From: an uncultured virus (IMG/VR IMGVR_UViG_3300008267_005860)
Taxonomy: Duplodnaviria > Heunggongvirae > Uroviricota > Caudoviricetes
IMG/VR virus record: IMGVR_UViG_3300008267_005860
Reading direction: 5' to 3' (one strand)
Length of the DNA: 64,000 nucleotides
Numbering within the stretch: the stretch's first letter is position 1; each line of letters begins with the position of its first letter. Shown here piece by piece: positions 35,743 through 45,653 of this stretch. A program made the position numbers and the translations under genes. The notes under the pieces were generated by a model. The model ran no database searches. It had not been told where the DNA came from and saw nothing but the letters and a program-made list of their open reading frames with translations.

Positions 35743-38128
35743 ATGAACTTTAATGATCTACTTGCTAAATTAGAAAAAATAGATAAGAAGAAGACTCTTA
35801 TGGAGCAAACTCTCATGGAACAGCTTACACTTCAACAGGTACAGGCTGTTGAGAAGGATGCTATGGCCAAGGCAGAAGCTGACAAAAAAACTGGCAGGTT
35901 TGGTGGAATATTTAAACTAGATCCGAGAACCGCAGGTAATGTTGCCCTAGCTAAACTGGCTGCACAGCATAAACTTCCAGGCCTGTTTAACAGCAAAGGT
36001 GAATTTGTAGTTGCTGATGACAAACGCGGAGACATAAATTCTTACACACAGAAACCAACAACTGCCGTACAAATAGCACCTCCTAATTCAGAAGCTACTA
36101 AAGCATTAGCAGCATTAGGGTTAATTCCCGGCAATGCCAGCGGGCCAAGTGGTTTAGTTAATGTTTTGTCTGGCGGGAAAGCTCAACAAGGTTTTGATGC
36201 AGAAAAAGCAACTAGTGCTAAAGTTGGGGCAGATCAAACTAGTGCCAAATTTAAAGCAGACAAACTCAAGCAGTTAAATGATCTAGTGGCAAAATTAAAT
36301 GCAGAAGTTCAAGGCGGCAACACAGATCCAGGTGTTGGTAAAGTTGACTATAAAATTGCACGTACCTGCAAACGCTGGGCCGGCTGGTGGGACTCCTTTT
36401 ACTCCTGCTTTGCCAGGCGGTGGAGGAGATTTAGTTTCTCAAATCAATGCCATTATGAAAGAACTTGGCGACATGGGTGACGATCCCGAAGTAGTCGCGG
36501 CCCTTAACGCAGCTCAGAAAGTATTAGATGCTAAAAAGGCTGCTGACGCTAAAAAAGCAACAACAGCACAAGCAGGTACAGCACAAGCAGGTACAGCACA
36601 AGCAGGTGATGACGATGCTGCTAAAAGAGCAAAAATAGAGCATCAAGCTGGTGTAAAATACGGACCCGGAGTACCGTTAAATGTTCCGTTCAGTAAAACG
36701 CTTCCTGCATTCAGAAACGCTACAGAATTAAAAATGGAAGGCGGCAAAGTTGTTGCTGTTGACAAAGACGGCAAAGTAGTTGGGACCTACGACGGAGAAA
36801 ATCGATGGCAGGCTACGCCCGCAGGCGGATCAACTGTTGATTTATCACAGCAGCCAGGTGGTAATACTACAACAGCGGGTGGTAATACTACAACAGCGGG
36901 TGGTAATACTACAACAGCGGGTGGTAATACTACAACAGCGGGTGGTGAAAAAGGCAGTAAGCCAACAACACCACAATCTACTGCACAAGAAAAGATGGAT
37001 CGATTTGTTTTCCTTATGAATAAAAAGAAAGCAAGTGCTGGTGGGCCAACAACAGTGACTAACCCAGCACAGGCTAGTCAAACGGTTGTTGGAACGCAAG
37101 AATCTCTAGTTAATTTAATGTCTCGACTCAAAATGCTAGAAGAATCAGTATTGTCTGAAGCACTTGATCCAGCCGAAGAAAAAGAATTACAAGCAATAAG
37201 TCAAGAAGTTATCAATACTGTTAACAGTGGTGCAGAAGGCATCCCTCCAGAAGTTTTAGCAGCAGTGAAAGAATTCCAAGCATCTGCATCTCCTACGCAG
37301 ATAAACAACCCAGCAGATGCTACAAAAACAGCTTCAGGATACAAAGGCAGCGCAGGCAGTCAAGAAATTCAAAAGTTAAATCCTGAAATCAAAGACGTTA
37401 ATAAGATTCGCGTCGGCCAAACAATCAAACTACCCGGTGACAAAGAGTATGTTGTAGCCAAAGGAGATACTTTAGATGGTATTGCCGCAGGCAAGTACAA
37501 AGGTACTCCTCCCGGTGGTATGGACAGGATTGGTAAACCAAATGCTGCGGCAGCTAATCCAGCTAATCCAGCGGCAGCTAATCCAGCTAATCCAGCGGCA
37601 ACAAATACTCAACAAGCAAAAGCACAGCCCTATGTAAGCCCTACCAAAGCAGCTAATGACTGGGCTTTTAGTGTGTTTACTGGTGCTAAAGATAAAGCCG
37701 GAAAAGTGCAAACAATTGACAATGTTCCAAAAGAGCTCAGAGCAGAAGTTGATAAAGTTTTAGCTAACCCCCCTAGTAATTGGAAGAAACCAGATGCCCC
37801 GGCTGCACCAGCAGCAGGTGGACAACAGCAGGCAGCAGGTGGACAACAGCAGGCAGCGCCAGCTAATCCAGCGGCAGCATCAAGTGGTCAAGTAAGAATT
37901 GAAAGATTAGATATTATCAAGGCAAGAAGTACTCAAGAGTATCTAGCCATAGTAAAAGCCAAAGGATACAAACAAGACAAGGATGGCAAGTTATCTCCAA
38001 GCGATGAAAGAAAAGCAGATATGTTTTATAAAGCAGAGATACAGAATGGAAAAATTAAAAACTATCCGCAACTTCAGCCTGTAGCAGAGGAACTTGATAG
38101 AATACTATCCATTGCCGGCCTACGCTGA
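35743..38128 (+). CDS. Large Ala/Gly-rich protein with a LysM-like segment, split by an apparent +1 frame break near 36360
   Basis: ORF 35743..36480 degrades after DYKIA; ORF 36299..38128 reads naturally from VPANAG on and has no credible start. Confidence 0.6.
36857..36940 (+). repeat. Four exact tandem 21-nt repeats GGTGGTAATACTACAACAGCG (GGNTTTA)
   Basis: Direct reading. Confidence 0.95.
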
Positions 38129-38143
38129 TAATAAGAAGTCCAT

Positions 38144-38177
38144 AAAAAGGCAAGCTTTGGCTTGCCTTTTTCTTTTT
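38144..38177 (+). terminator. Intrinsic terminator
   Basis: AAAAAGGCAAGC-TTTG-GCTTGCCTTTTT followed by CTTTTT. Confidence 0.9.
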
Positions 38178-38181
38178 CCTG

Positions 38182-38210
38182 TTGACATACACAGATAACT
38201 AGTATATAAT
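38182..38210 (+). promoter_or_regulatory. Consensus sigma70 promoter TTGACA-N17-TATAAT
   Basis: -35 at 38182-38187, -10 at 38205-38210; heads the replication operon. Confidence 0.88.
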
Positions 38211-38233
38211 TATAGGACACAAAAGGAGAACCT

Positions 38234-38500
38234 ATGTCATCACGTATGTATGGGCCAGAAGAGAAAGCCAAATTAGAAAGATTAATCAACGAAGGTTCAA
38301 CCGTCTTACGAGAAATTGAAGATCTCAAAGAAGGTCTTAAAGAAACGGTTAAAGCTGTAGCCGAAGAATTAGAAATTAAACCTTCAATTATTAACAAAGC
38401 CATTACCATTGCCCACAAAGACAATTGGAAGGATCACGAAAACGATTGGAACGAAATCGAAATGATTCTAGGTGTCACTAACAGATTGCCCAAGGACTAA
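38234..38500 (+). CDS. Small dsDNA-binding protein (T4 DsbA/GapR-like)
   Basis: Helical 88-aa pattern EKAKLERLINE...IEDLKE.LKE...AEEL; strong RBS. Confidence 0.55.
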   Translation: MSSRMYGPEEKAKLERLINEGSTVLREIEDLKEGLKETVKAVAEELEIKPSIINKAITIAHKDNWKDHENDWNEIEMILGVTNRLPKD

Positions 38501-38787
38501 TGGAATTTATAAAAGGCATTTACAATTGGGCAAGGACAGACTATCGAGAATGGCCTACCCGATTTACACTAGAGATTACAGCATGGTTTATGAGCCTTGG
38601 CTGTTCACTTACACTAGCAGCCGGGGCAACTGATCCCTTGTTCTTTTATCTCTATCCAATATTCATTCTACAATGTGCAATTTTTGCTTGGGCATCATGG
38701 ACTCGCAGAAGCACAGGCATGGTAGCTAACTACTTATTGTTAGTCACTATTGATGTCATTGGATATGTTAGATTATTAAATATATAA
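38500..38787 (+). CDS. Small membrane protein
   Basis: Three hydrophobic segments; TAATG coupling. Confidence 0.7.
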   Translation: MEFIKGIYNWARTDYREWPTRFTLEITAWFMSLGCSLTLAAGATDPLFFYLYPIFILQCAIFAWASWTRRSTGMVANYLLLVTIDVIGYVRLLNI

Positions 38788-38856
38788 TAGAAGGGCAGGC
38801 GGGCCATAATCCGCATAGTTGGTATTTGCAAGCCGTAAATTGCATAGGAGAAAAAT

Positions 38857-41520
38857 TTGTACGTAGACGCACTCTTTCAGCGTGATGCTGATATTATTAA
38901 AGTAGTGGAACGTGATAAAGATGGAAATCGAGTCTTTAAAGAATTTCCAGTTCGTTATACGTTTTATTATCCAGATGCTAGAGGTAAATTCCAAAGTATT
39001 CATGGAGACCCTTTAAGTCGCATCGTTTGTAAAAACACCAAAGACTTTCGCAAAGAACTTGCGATTCACAACAACAAAACACTCTACGAAGCAGATATTA
39101 ATCCAATATTTGTATGCTTGAGTGAAAACTATCTTAATCAAGACGCACCAAAACTCAATGTAGCTTTTTGGGATATTGAGGTGGACTTCGATCCAGAACG
39201 TGGCTATGCATCGCCAGATGATGCATTCATGCCAATTACTGCCATTGCTGTCCACCTACAATGGTTAGATACATTAGTTTGTCTTGCTGTGCCTCCAAAA
39301 GGCATGACTATTGCCCAAGCAGAAGAACTAGTCAGAGATTTTCCCAACACACATATCTTTGACAATGAAGCAGACATGCTGGACACGTTCTTGAATCTTA
39401 TTCAAGATGCGGATATTTTAAGTGGTTGGAACAGCGAGGGCTTTGATATGCCCTATACTGTTAACCGCATTACCAAAGTATTGAGCAAAGACGACACACG
39501 CAGACTTTGCTTGTGGGATCAATATCCTAAAAAACGTGAATATGAAAAGTATGGTAAAACTGCCACTACATATGATCTACATGGTCGTGTGCATCTTGAC
39601 AGTCTAGAACTTTACAGAAAATACACCTATGAAGAACGACACACCTATCGATTGGATGCCATCGGAGAGATGGAGATTGGAGAATCAAAAACAGTCTACG
39701 AAGGTACACTGGATCAACTCTACAACAATGACTTCCGCAAGTTTGTCGAATACAACAGGCAAGACTGTGCCTTGCTCAACAAACTGGATCAAAAGCTCAA
39801 GTTCATCGATTTAAGCAACAAACTGGCACACGAATGTACTGTGCTACTACAGACCACAATGGGTGCTGTGGCTGTTACTGAACAGGCTATTATCAACGAA
39901 TGCCATCGTAGAGGTTTTCAAGTTCCTAATCGACCCAAGCGTGATGAAAGCGAAGATACTGCTGCCGCTGGTGCTTATGTTGCCTATCCCAAAGAAGGTC
40001 TGCAAGACTGGGTTGGCTCATTAGACATTAACTCCTTGTATCCAAGTGCTATTCGTGCATTGAACATGGGACCAGAAACTATTGTAGGTCAACTACGTCC
40101 TACAATGACCAAAGAGTACATTGACGGATTAACTGCCAAAGGTAAAAGCTTTGCGGCTGCTTGGGAAGGTATCTTTGGTTCATTAGAGTATACCGCAGTG
40201 ATGAACAAAGAGATTGGCTCTGAGATTACTATCGACTGGCAAGACGGTGCAGTTGATGTATTAAGTGCTGCCGAAGTTAATAGATTAATCTTTGACAGCG
40301 GTCAATCATTTATGTTGAGTGCTAACGGAACAATCTTTACCTATGAAAAAGAAGGTATTATTCCCGGGTTGTTAAAACGCTGGTATGCTGAACGTAAAGA
40401 GATGCAGGCCAAACTCAAAGAATGTATTCAAGCAGGTAATAAAGTTGAAGAAGAATATTGGGACAAACGTCAGTTGGTTAAGAAGATTAACCTCAATTCC
40501 TTATATGGTGCTATTCTTAACCCCGGTTGTCGTTTTTTTGATAAGCGTATTGGTCAGAGCACTACTTTAACAGGAAGACAGATTGCCAAGCATATGGCAT
40601 CAAAGGTCAATGAGATTATCACTGGGGAATACAATCACGTAGGCAAAGCAATTATCTACGGCGACACTGACTCATGTTATTTTAGTGCATACAAAACACT
40701 AAAGAAAGAAATTGAAGCAGGACACATTCCTTGGACTAAAGAAACTGTGATCCAACTCTATGATCAAATTGGAGATGAAGTCAACAATACATTCCCACAG
40801 TTTATGTTAGATGCTTTCCACTGTCCTAAATCTCGTGGTGAAGTTATCAAAGCTGGTCGTGAGATTGTTGGTTCAAAGAGTTTGTTCATTACCAAGAAAC
40901 GTTATGCTGTCTTGTACTATGACAAAGAAGGCAAGCGTCAAGACATTGAAGGTAAGCCGGGTAAGATCAAGGCCATGGGCTTGGATCTGAAACGTAGTGA
41001 TACGCCAGAATTTATTCAAAACTTCTTAAGTGATATTTTGGAGAAAGTCTTAACTGGTGCCACAGAAGAACAGGTATTAGATCATATTACTGAATTCCGT
41101 ACTAACTTCAAAGCTCGTCCAGGTTGGGAAAAGGGTAGCCCTAAACGTGCTAACAATATCACTGCCTATCAGGGCAAAGAAGAAAAGAACGGCAAGACTA
41201 ATATGCCTGGACACGTTCGAGCCAGCATTAACTGGAATACGCTCAAACGTATGTATGGCGACAAGTACTCAATGCAGATCACAGACGGTGCCAAAGTAAT
41301 TGTCTGTAAGATCAAAGATAATCCGTTGGGATTTACTTCGGTAGCTTATCCGGTAGATGAACTACGGCTACCACAGTGGTTCAAAGACTTACCGTTTGAT
41401 CACGAAGAAATGGAAGCTACAATTATTGATAATAAATTGGGTAACCTAATTGGTGTACTTAATTGGGACATTAGGTCAACCGAACAGACCAATACCTTCA
41501 ATAAATTGTTTGACTTTTAA
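38857..41520 (+). CDS. polB: Family B DNA polymerase with 3'-5' exonuclease
   Basis: DIEVD, WNSEGFD, DINSLYPS, KINLNSLYG, YGDTDS, KKRY; C-terminal KLFDF clamp-binding-like tail; TTG start after AGGAG. Confidence 0.96.
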   Translation: MYVDALFQRDADIIKVVERDKDGNRVFKEFPVRYTFYYPDARGKFQSIHGDPLSRIVCKNTKDFRKELAIHNNKTLYEADINPIFVCLSENYLNQDAPKLNVAFWDIEVDFDPERGYASPDDAFMPITAIAVHLQWLDTLVCLAVPPKGMTIAQAEELVRDFPNTHIFDNEADMLDTFLNLIQDADILSGWNSEGFDMPYTVNRITKVLSKDDTRRLCLWDQYPKKREYEKYGKTATTYDLHGRVHLDSLELYRKYTYEERHTYRLDAIGEMEIGESKTVYEGTLDQLYNNDFRKFVEYNRQDCALLNKLDQKLKFIDLSNKLAHECTVLLQTTMGAVAVTEQAIINECHRRGFQVPNRPKRDESEDTAAAGAYVAYPKEGLQDWVGSLDINSLYPSAIRALNMGPETIVGQLRPTMTKEYIDGLTAKGKSFAAAWEGIFGSLEYTAVMNKEIGSEITIDWQDGAVDVLSAAEVNRLIFDSGQSFMLSANGTIFTYEKEGIIPGLLKRWYAERKEMQAKLKECIQAGNKVEEEYWDKRQLVKKINLNSLYGAILNPGCRFFDKRIGQSTTLTGRQIAKHMASKVNEIITGEYNHVGKAIIYGDTDSCYFSAYKTLKKEIEAGHIPWTKETVIQLYDQIGDEVNNTFPQFMLDAFHCPKSRGEVIKAGREIVGSKSLFITKKRYAVLYYDKEGKRQDIEGKPGKIKAMGLDLKRSDTPEFIQNFLSDILEKVLTGATEEQVLDHITEFRTNFKARPGWEKGSPKRANNITAYQGKEEKNGKTNMPGHVRASINWNTLKRMYGDKYSMQITDGAKVIVCKIKDNPLGFTSVAYPVDELRLPQWFKDLPFDHEEMEATIIDNKLGNLIGVLNWDIRSTEQTNTFNKLFDF

Positions 41521-41538
41521 CAAAAAAACCTATATACT
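41510..41538 (+). promoter_or_regulatory. Sigma70-type promoter TTGACT-N17-TATACT
   Basis: -35 at 41510-41515, -10 at 41533-41538. Confidence 0.7.
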
Positions 41539-41556
41539 ATTACAAAGGAAACTATC

Positions 41557-42288
41557 ATGAAAGACATTTTAACAGACATCGTAGCACATACACACAGCCT
41601 AGGAATTCTTCCTCTGATTAAAATTACAGGCGAAGATGATACTACAATAATTGAATCTATGGCAGAAGACCGTTCAGTTATTCTTAACGGAAAGACACAT
41701 GCCGTAATTGGTGAGTTCGACGGAGTGTTTGGTATGCCAAACTTGGACAAACTTAATCTACACCTTAAGAATCCCGAGTACAAAGATAACGCCACTATTG
41801 AAGTTATGCAGGCAGAACGCAATGGCAAAACTGTGCCAGTAAGTCTACACTTTGAAAATCAGTCAGGCGACTTTGTCAACGACTATCGCTTTATGAACGC
41901 TGAAATTATCAATGAAAAGCTTAAGACAGTTAAGTTCAAAGGTGCTACTTGGGATATTGAGTTTGAACCTACAGTTACTAGTATTCAACGTCTTAAGCTA
42001 CAGGCGCAGGCACATACAGAAGAAACTGTTTTCCAAGTTAAAACAGAAGGCGGCAACTTGGTATTCTTCTTCGGTGATGCTTCAACACACGCAGGTTCAT
42101 TTACTTTCCATGCAGATGTTAAATCTAAACTTAAACAATCGTGGGCATGGCCGGTTACACAGGTAATGAGCATTCTTAATCTTGACGGTGACAAGACTAT
42201 GCGTATTGCCGACGCAGGTGCAATGCAGATTACTGTTAACAGCGGTCTAGCAGAGTACAACTACATTCTGCCAGCACAGAGCAAGTAA
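41557..42288 (+). CDS. Probable sliding clamp (gp45/PCNA-like)
   Basis: 243 aa, follows polB, C-terminal YNYILPA strand; clamp loader present in the window. Confidence 0.6.
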   Translation: MKDILTDIVAHTHSLGILPLIKITGEDDTTIIESMAEDRSVILNGKTHAVIGEFDGVFGMPNLDKLNLHLKNPEYKDNATIEVMQAERNGKTVPVSLHFENQSGDFVNDYRFMNAEIINEKLKTVKFKGATWDIEFEPTVTSIQRLKLQAQAHTEETVFQVKTEGGNLVFFFGDASTHAGSFTFHADVKSKLKQSWAWPVTQVMSILNLDGDKTMRIADAGAMQITVNSGLAEYNYILPAQSK

Positions 42289-42467
42289 TGAGTGAAACAC
42301 ATTCAAGAACACTGGCAAGGACGGTAGGTTGGCGCATCATTGCGACTATAATGACTATACCGTTTACTGGATTATCTACAGCTATTTTGATACATGTTAT
42401 ACTCACTGTAGCTCATTATATCCACGAAAGAGTTTGGTTAAAAATAAAGTGGGGCAAAGTTGAATAA
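42288..42467 (+). CDS. DUF2061-like small membrane protein (59 aa, absent from the ORF track)
   Basis: MSETHSRTLARTVGWRIIAT...HYIHERVWLKIKWG; TAATG coupling. Confidence 0.75.
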   Translation: MSETHSRTLARTVGWRIIATIMTIPFTGLSTAILIHVILTVAHYIHERVWLKIKWGKVE

Positions 42468-44010
42468 AAATTTAACAGCAACTCAAAATGACTATGCATA
42501 CTTCCTGCCAGCAACGTCAGGATTTTATAGTACATTTATAGGCAAGCAGAGATACAGCAATTATGTAGACCCTGCTCGTATTCCTAAATCGTTTAAAAAT
42601 GGTGTTGAGAGTTTAAACTATTTAGACCCAGATAAAGGTCAATTTTACTACGACCATTGTTTGTATTCAGCAGGTCATGCTAATTTAGATCTTAACAAGC
42701 AAGACGAAAGCGAAGATATGTTCCGCAATCGTAATCGCGCTACAAGTTGGGTGCTAGGTGACTCAGGTGGATTCCAGATTGGTAAAGGTGTTTGGCCTGC
42801 TGATTGGAAAGATCCTAACTGTCCTAAAGCACAAAAGAAACGTGAACAAGTTTTAACTTGGATGGACACGCTAATGGACTATGGCATGGTGCTGGATATT
42901 CCAGCATGGGTTGCTCGTAGTCCTGTAGGAAAGGCTGCAACAGGAATTACTAGTTACCCAGAAGCAGTACAGGGAACTTATATTAATAATGATTGGTTTA
43001 TTAACAATCGTAATGGTAACTGCAAGTTCCTTAATGTTCTACAAGGCGAAAATCACCCAGATGCTGATGATTGGTACGATCGTATGAAGAAGTACTGCGA
43101 TACTAAAATCTATGGCGATCGTGCGTTCAACGGATGGTCAATGGGTGGACAAAATATGTGCGATGTACACTTGGTTCTACGTAGACTAGTGGAATTACGA
43201 TTCGACGGACTCCTTGAAAAGGGTCAGCAGGATTGGATGCACTTCCTGGGCACTTCTAAATTAGAATGGGCAACTTTATTAACCGATATTCAACGATCAG
43301 TGAGGAAATACCATAATGAAAACTTTACCATATCTTTTGACTGCGCCTCACCGTTTCTGGCAACAGCAAACGGACAAATCTACATTACAACAGAAACAGA
43401 AGACAGAAAGAAATGGGTTTACCGTATGCAGGCTTCGGCAGACGACAAAAAATATGCCCAAGACACAAGACTCTTCAAAGATGCAGTAATACAAGATAAC
43501 ATTTTTAGTGCATTTGAGTCAAGCCCTATTATTGACCAAGTTGAAATAAAAGATATTTGTATCTATGCTCCGGGCGACCTAAATAAGATTGGCAAAGAAG
43601 GCAAGACATCATGGGATTCATTTAGCTATGCTATTATGATGGGTCATAATGTTTGGATGCACGTTAACGCAGTACAAGAAGCCAATCGTCAATACGATTC
43701 TGGTAAAATACCTAGTATGTTAGTTCAAGAAAAATTTGATCGAATCTTCTTTAAGGATGTAGTCGAAGCCATTTTTGCCACAAGTAATAAAGGTGAAGCG
43801 TTGGCTATTATCGAAGAGTTCCGAAGATATTTTGATACCATTATTGGTACTCGGGGCAATACTGGTAAGAAAATGACTAATTCGTCGGCTAATTATACCA
43901 AATTCTTTGACGAAGTAGATACAGAGACTGTACAATCTGAACACAGTGATGAATTCACTGACGAGGAAGAATCAAAATTAAACCAGCTAGAATCACAGGT
44001 AAAAGAATGA
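42460..44010 (+). CDS. TGT-fold base-exchange enzyme (DpdA/tRNA-guanine transglycosylase-like)
   Basis: DSGGFQ, MVLD, NVLQG, HFLG, SFDCAS motifs in TGT order; neighbours include folE and queE. Confidence 0.75.
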   Translation: MNKNLTATQNDYAYFLPATSGFYSTFIGKQRYSNYVDPARIPKSFKNGVESLNYLDPDKGQFYYDHCLYSAGHANLDLNKQDESEDMFRNRNRATSWVLGDSGGFQIGKGVWPADWKDPNCPKAQKKREQVLTWMDTLMDYGMVLDIPAWVARSPVGKAATGITSYPEAVQGTYINNDWFINNRNGNCKFLNVLQGENHPDADDWYDRMKKYCDTKIYGDRAFNGWSMGGQNMCDVHLVLRRLVELRFDGLLEKGQQDWMHFLGTSKLEWATLLTDIQRSVRKYHNENFTISFDCASPFLATANGQIYITTETEDRKKWVYRMQASADDKKYAQDTRLFKDAVIQDNIFSAFESSPIIDQVEIKDICIYAPGDLNKIGKEGKTSWDSFSYAIMMGHNVWMHVNAVQEANRQYDSGKIPSMLVQEKFDRIFFKDVVEAIFATSNKGEALAIIEEFRRYFDTIIGTRGNTGKKMTNSSANYTKFFDEVDTETVQSEHSDEFTDEEESKLNQLESQVKE

Positions 44011-44267
44011 CATTGCCCGATGAACGGTATCGTTCCGTAGTACAAACTAGAAGATTTTTGTTGGATCTTTGTAATCCACAGCACACTCCACGAGTTCCAA
44101 AAATTATAAGAGAACATGCACGAGCTATGTTGCGTCATTACCCAAGTGACTGGGATATGACTCGTGCCGCAGAAGGTGCTCCAGATGTGTTCCAAGAACG
44201 TATGGAAGCAGTAACAAGACTTATGAAACAGTACGAAAACTCAAAGGCTGAAAAGAATGAAGCGTGA
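44007..44267 (+). CDS. BPSL0761-like small protein
   Basis: MTLPDER...AR.MLRHYP pattern. Confidence 0.6.
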   Translation: MTLPDERYRSVVQTRRFLLDLCNPQHTPRVPKIIREHARAMLRHYPSDWDMTRAAEGAPDVFQERMEAVTRLMKQYENSKAEKNEA

Positions 44268-44775
44268 TTATACAGACGGAGAGTTAGACAATGCTGTATT
44301 CTTCTTTGGACAAGAAGTAGAACATACCCCAGCATATAATATGAACACATTGTTTGTAGTAGGTGTTCAACCAATTGATGCTATTGAAGGTGCATTGTCT
44401 AATCAAAATATTAAACATATTTTCTTTGGTGCTAATCACAGTTTTAACCCTAGTAATTTTATTGAGCACAAAGAATGGGAAGAGATGATTTTCCATTTTC
44501 TAGATGCAGAATATCTTTGCTCATTAGATATTCCTATAAGTCAAGTTGAAGAATTCCACGAAAGCGGATACTGTGAGTATGATAATTTTATTCCGCAAAT
44601 TCGTGTGCCAATTCCCTATATTAAATTATGGAATTATAATACAATGCTTAAAATCGATGATAAAGATTTTAAGGCAACTAATCCCGGTGTATGGTCCCAC
44701 AGTCTACATACACTAATGGATCGCAGTAAGTTCACAGACTGGTTACAATACAAAAATGACAAGGTATTAAAATGA
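44257..44775 (+). CDS. Hypothetical protein in the modification cluster
   Basis: Coupled ORF; EVEHTP, FFGANHSF, KIDDKDF..TNPGVW segments. Confidence 0.7.
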   Translation: MKRDYTDGELDNAVFFFGQEVEHTPAYNMNTLFVVGVQPIDAIEGALSNQNIKHIFFGANHSFNPSNFIEHKEWEEMIFHFLDAEYLCSLDIPISQVEEFHESGYCEYDNFIPQIRVPIPYIKLWNYNTMLKIDDKDFKATNPGVWSHSLHTLMDRSKFTDWLQYKNDKVLK

Positions 44776-44975
44776 AAGAAATCATTGTCAAAGATAGTCC
44801 CGGATTTCAACTTCGGATTAAAAAATGGGAGTGTGCTAACCCTAAAGGTTTGTTTGCTGTTCATTTTATTCAAGCAACTAAAGACAAAGATGGTAACGTC
44901 GATAGTGAATCAACATACGAATTCTTCATGGAAGAATCCGATCTTAAATTAGTATCCGAGGCATTAATTAAATGA
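44772..44975 (+). CDS. Hypothetical protein
   Basis: ATGA overlaps at both ends. Confidence 0.65.
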   Translation: MKEIIVKDSPGFQLRIKKWECANPKGLFAVHFIQATKDKDGNVDSESTYEFFMEESDLKLVSEALIK

Positions 44976-45361
44976 TTATTCGGCAAGACGTTCGTCCTAA
45001 CAAAATGATTTGGGTCACCTTCCGCAAAGAAGGTATGCACAAGTATCCAGCCGCACTTACAGATCCAGCACTTGCTACAGGTGATGAATATGATGTAAGT
45101 TTTCTAGGATATCCGCATCGTCACATCTTCCACTTTAAAGTGTGGATTGGTGTTACACACGATGATCGTGATATTGAGTTTATTCAGTTTAAACGCTGGT
45201 TGGAAAATCTGTACAGTTCAGGTACACTCCAACTAGACTACAAGAGTTGCGAAATGATGTCAGGCGATTTATACGACAGCATTTCCAATAAGTATCCAGG
45301 TCGTGAGATTTGGATTGAGGTCTCCGAAGACGGAGAAAATGGTTCATTTATTAAGTACTAA
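44972..45361 (+). CDS. QueD-like T-fold enzyme (DpdL-like)
   Basis: LGYPHRHIF (LxxxHRHxF) in place of QueD CxxxHGHxY; SCE and VSEDGEN acidic motifs. Confidence 0.65.
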   Translation: MIIRQDVRPNKMIWVTFRKEGMHKYPAALTDPALATGDEYDVSFLGYPHRHIFHFKVWIGVTHDDRDIEFIQFKRWLENLYSSGTLQLDYKSCEMMSGDLYDSISNKYPGREIWIEVSEDGENGSFIKY

Positions 45362-45377
45362 CTAGAAAGAGGCTATC

Positions 45378-45653
45378 ATGGCTATTAATTATAAAAACGT
45401 TTCTTACTTTGAAACCCGCCCTGACATTGTAAAGATCTTTGATGATCTAGAAGCGTTCCACAATTTCTGTAAATTTGAAATGTGCGACTTTAACGAGGCT
45501 AATCTCTACAATAGGAATAGTCAGATCTGGAACAACTACTACTACAGTACTCGTCCAAAGAAACCCTGGAACGGTGAGCGCAAACCACGTGGCGAATACA
45601 ATCGCAGTGGTGGTAACAATTACAACAACAATAGAAACTTTAACCGTCAATGA
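45378..45653 (+). CDS. Hypothetical protein with Asn/Arg-rich tail
   Basis: GAGG RBS. Confidence 0.7.
   Translation: MAINYKNVSYFETRPDIVKIFDDLEAFHNFCKFEMCDFNEANLYNRNSQIWNNYYYSTRPKKPWNGERKPRGEYNRSGGNNYNNNRNFNRQ

Noticed and set aside
842..36480. Alternative genetic code explaining the broken ORFs
   Set aside because: Both breaks are frame changes rather than in-frame stops, and other genes translate intact with the standard code.
36857..36940. Possible CRISPR array
   Set aside because: Repeats are contiguous with no spacers and encode an in-frame peptide; no cas genes seen.
38857..41520. Intein or intron in the DNA polymerase
   Set aside because: 887 aa is normal for a T4-like PolB; motifs are contiguous; no splice-junction or homing-endonuclease motifs.
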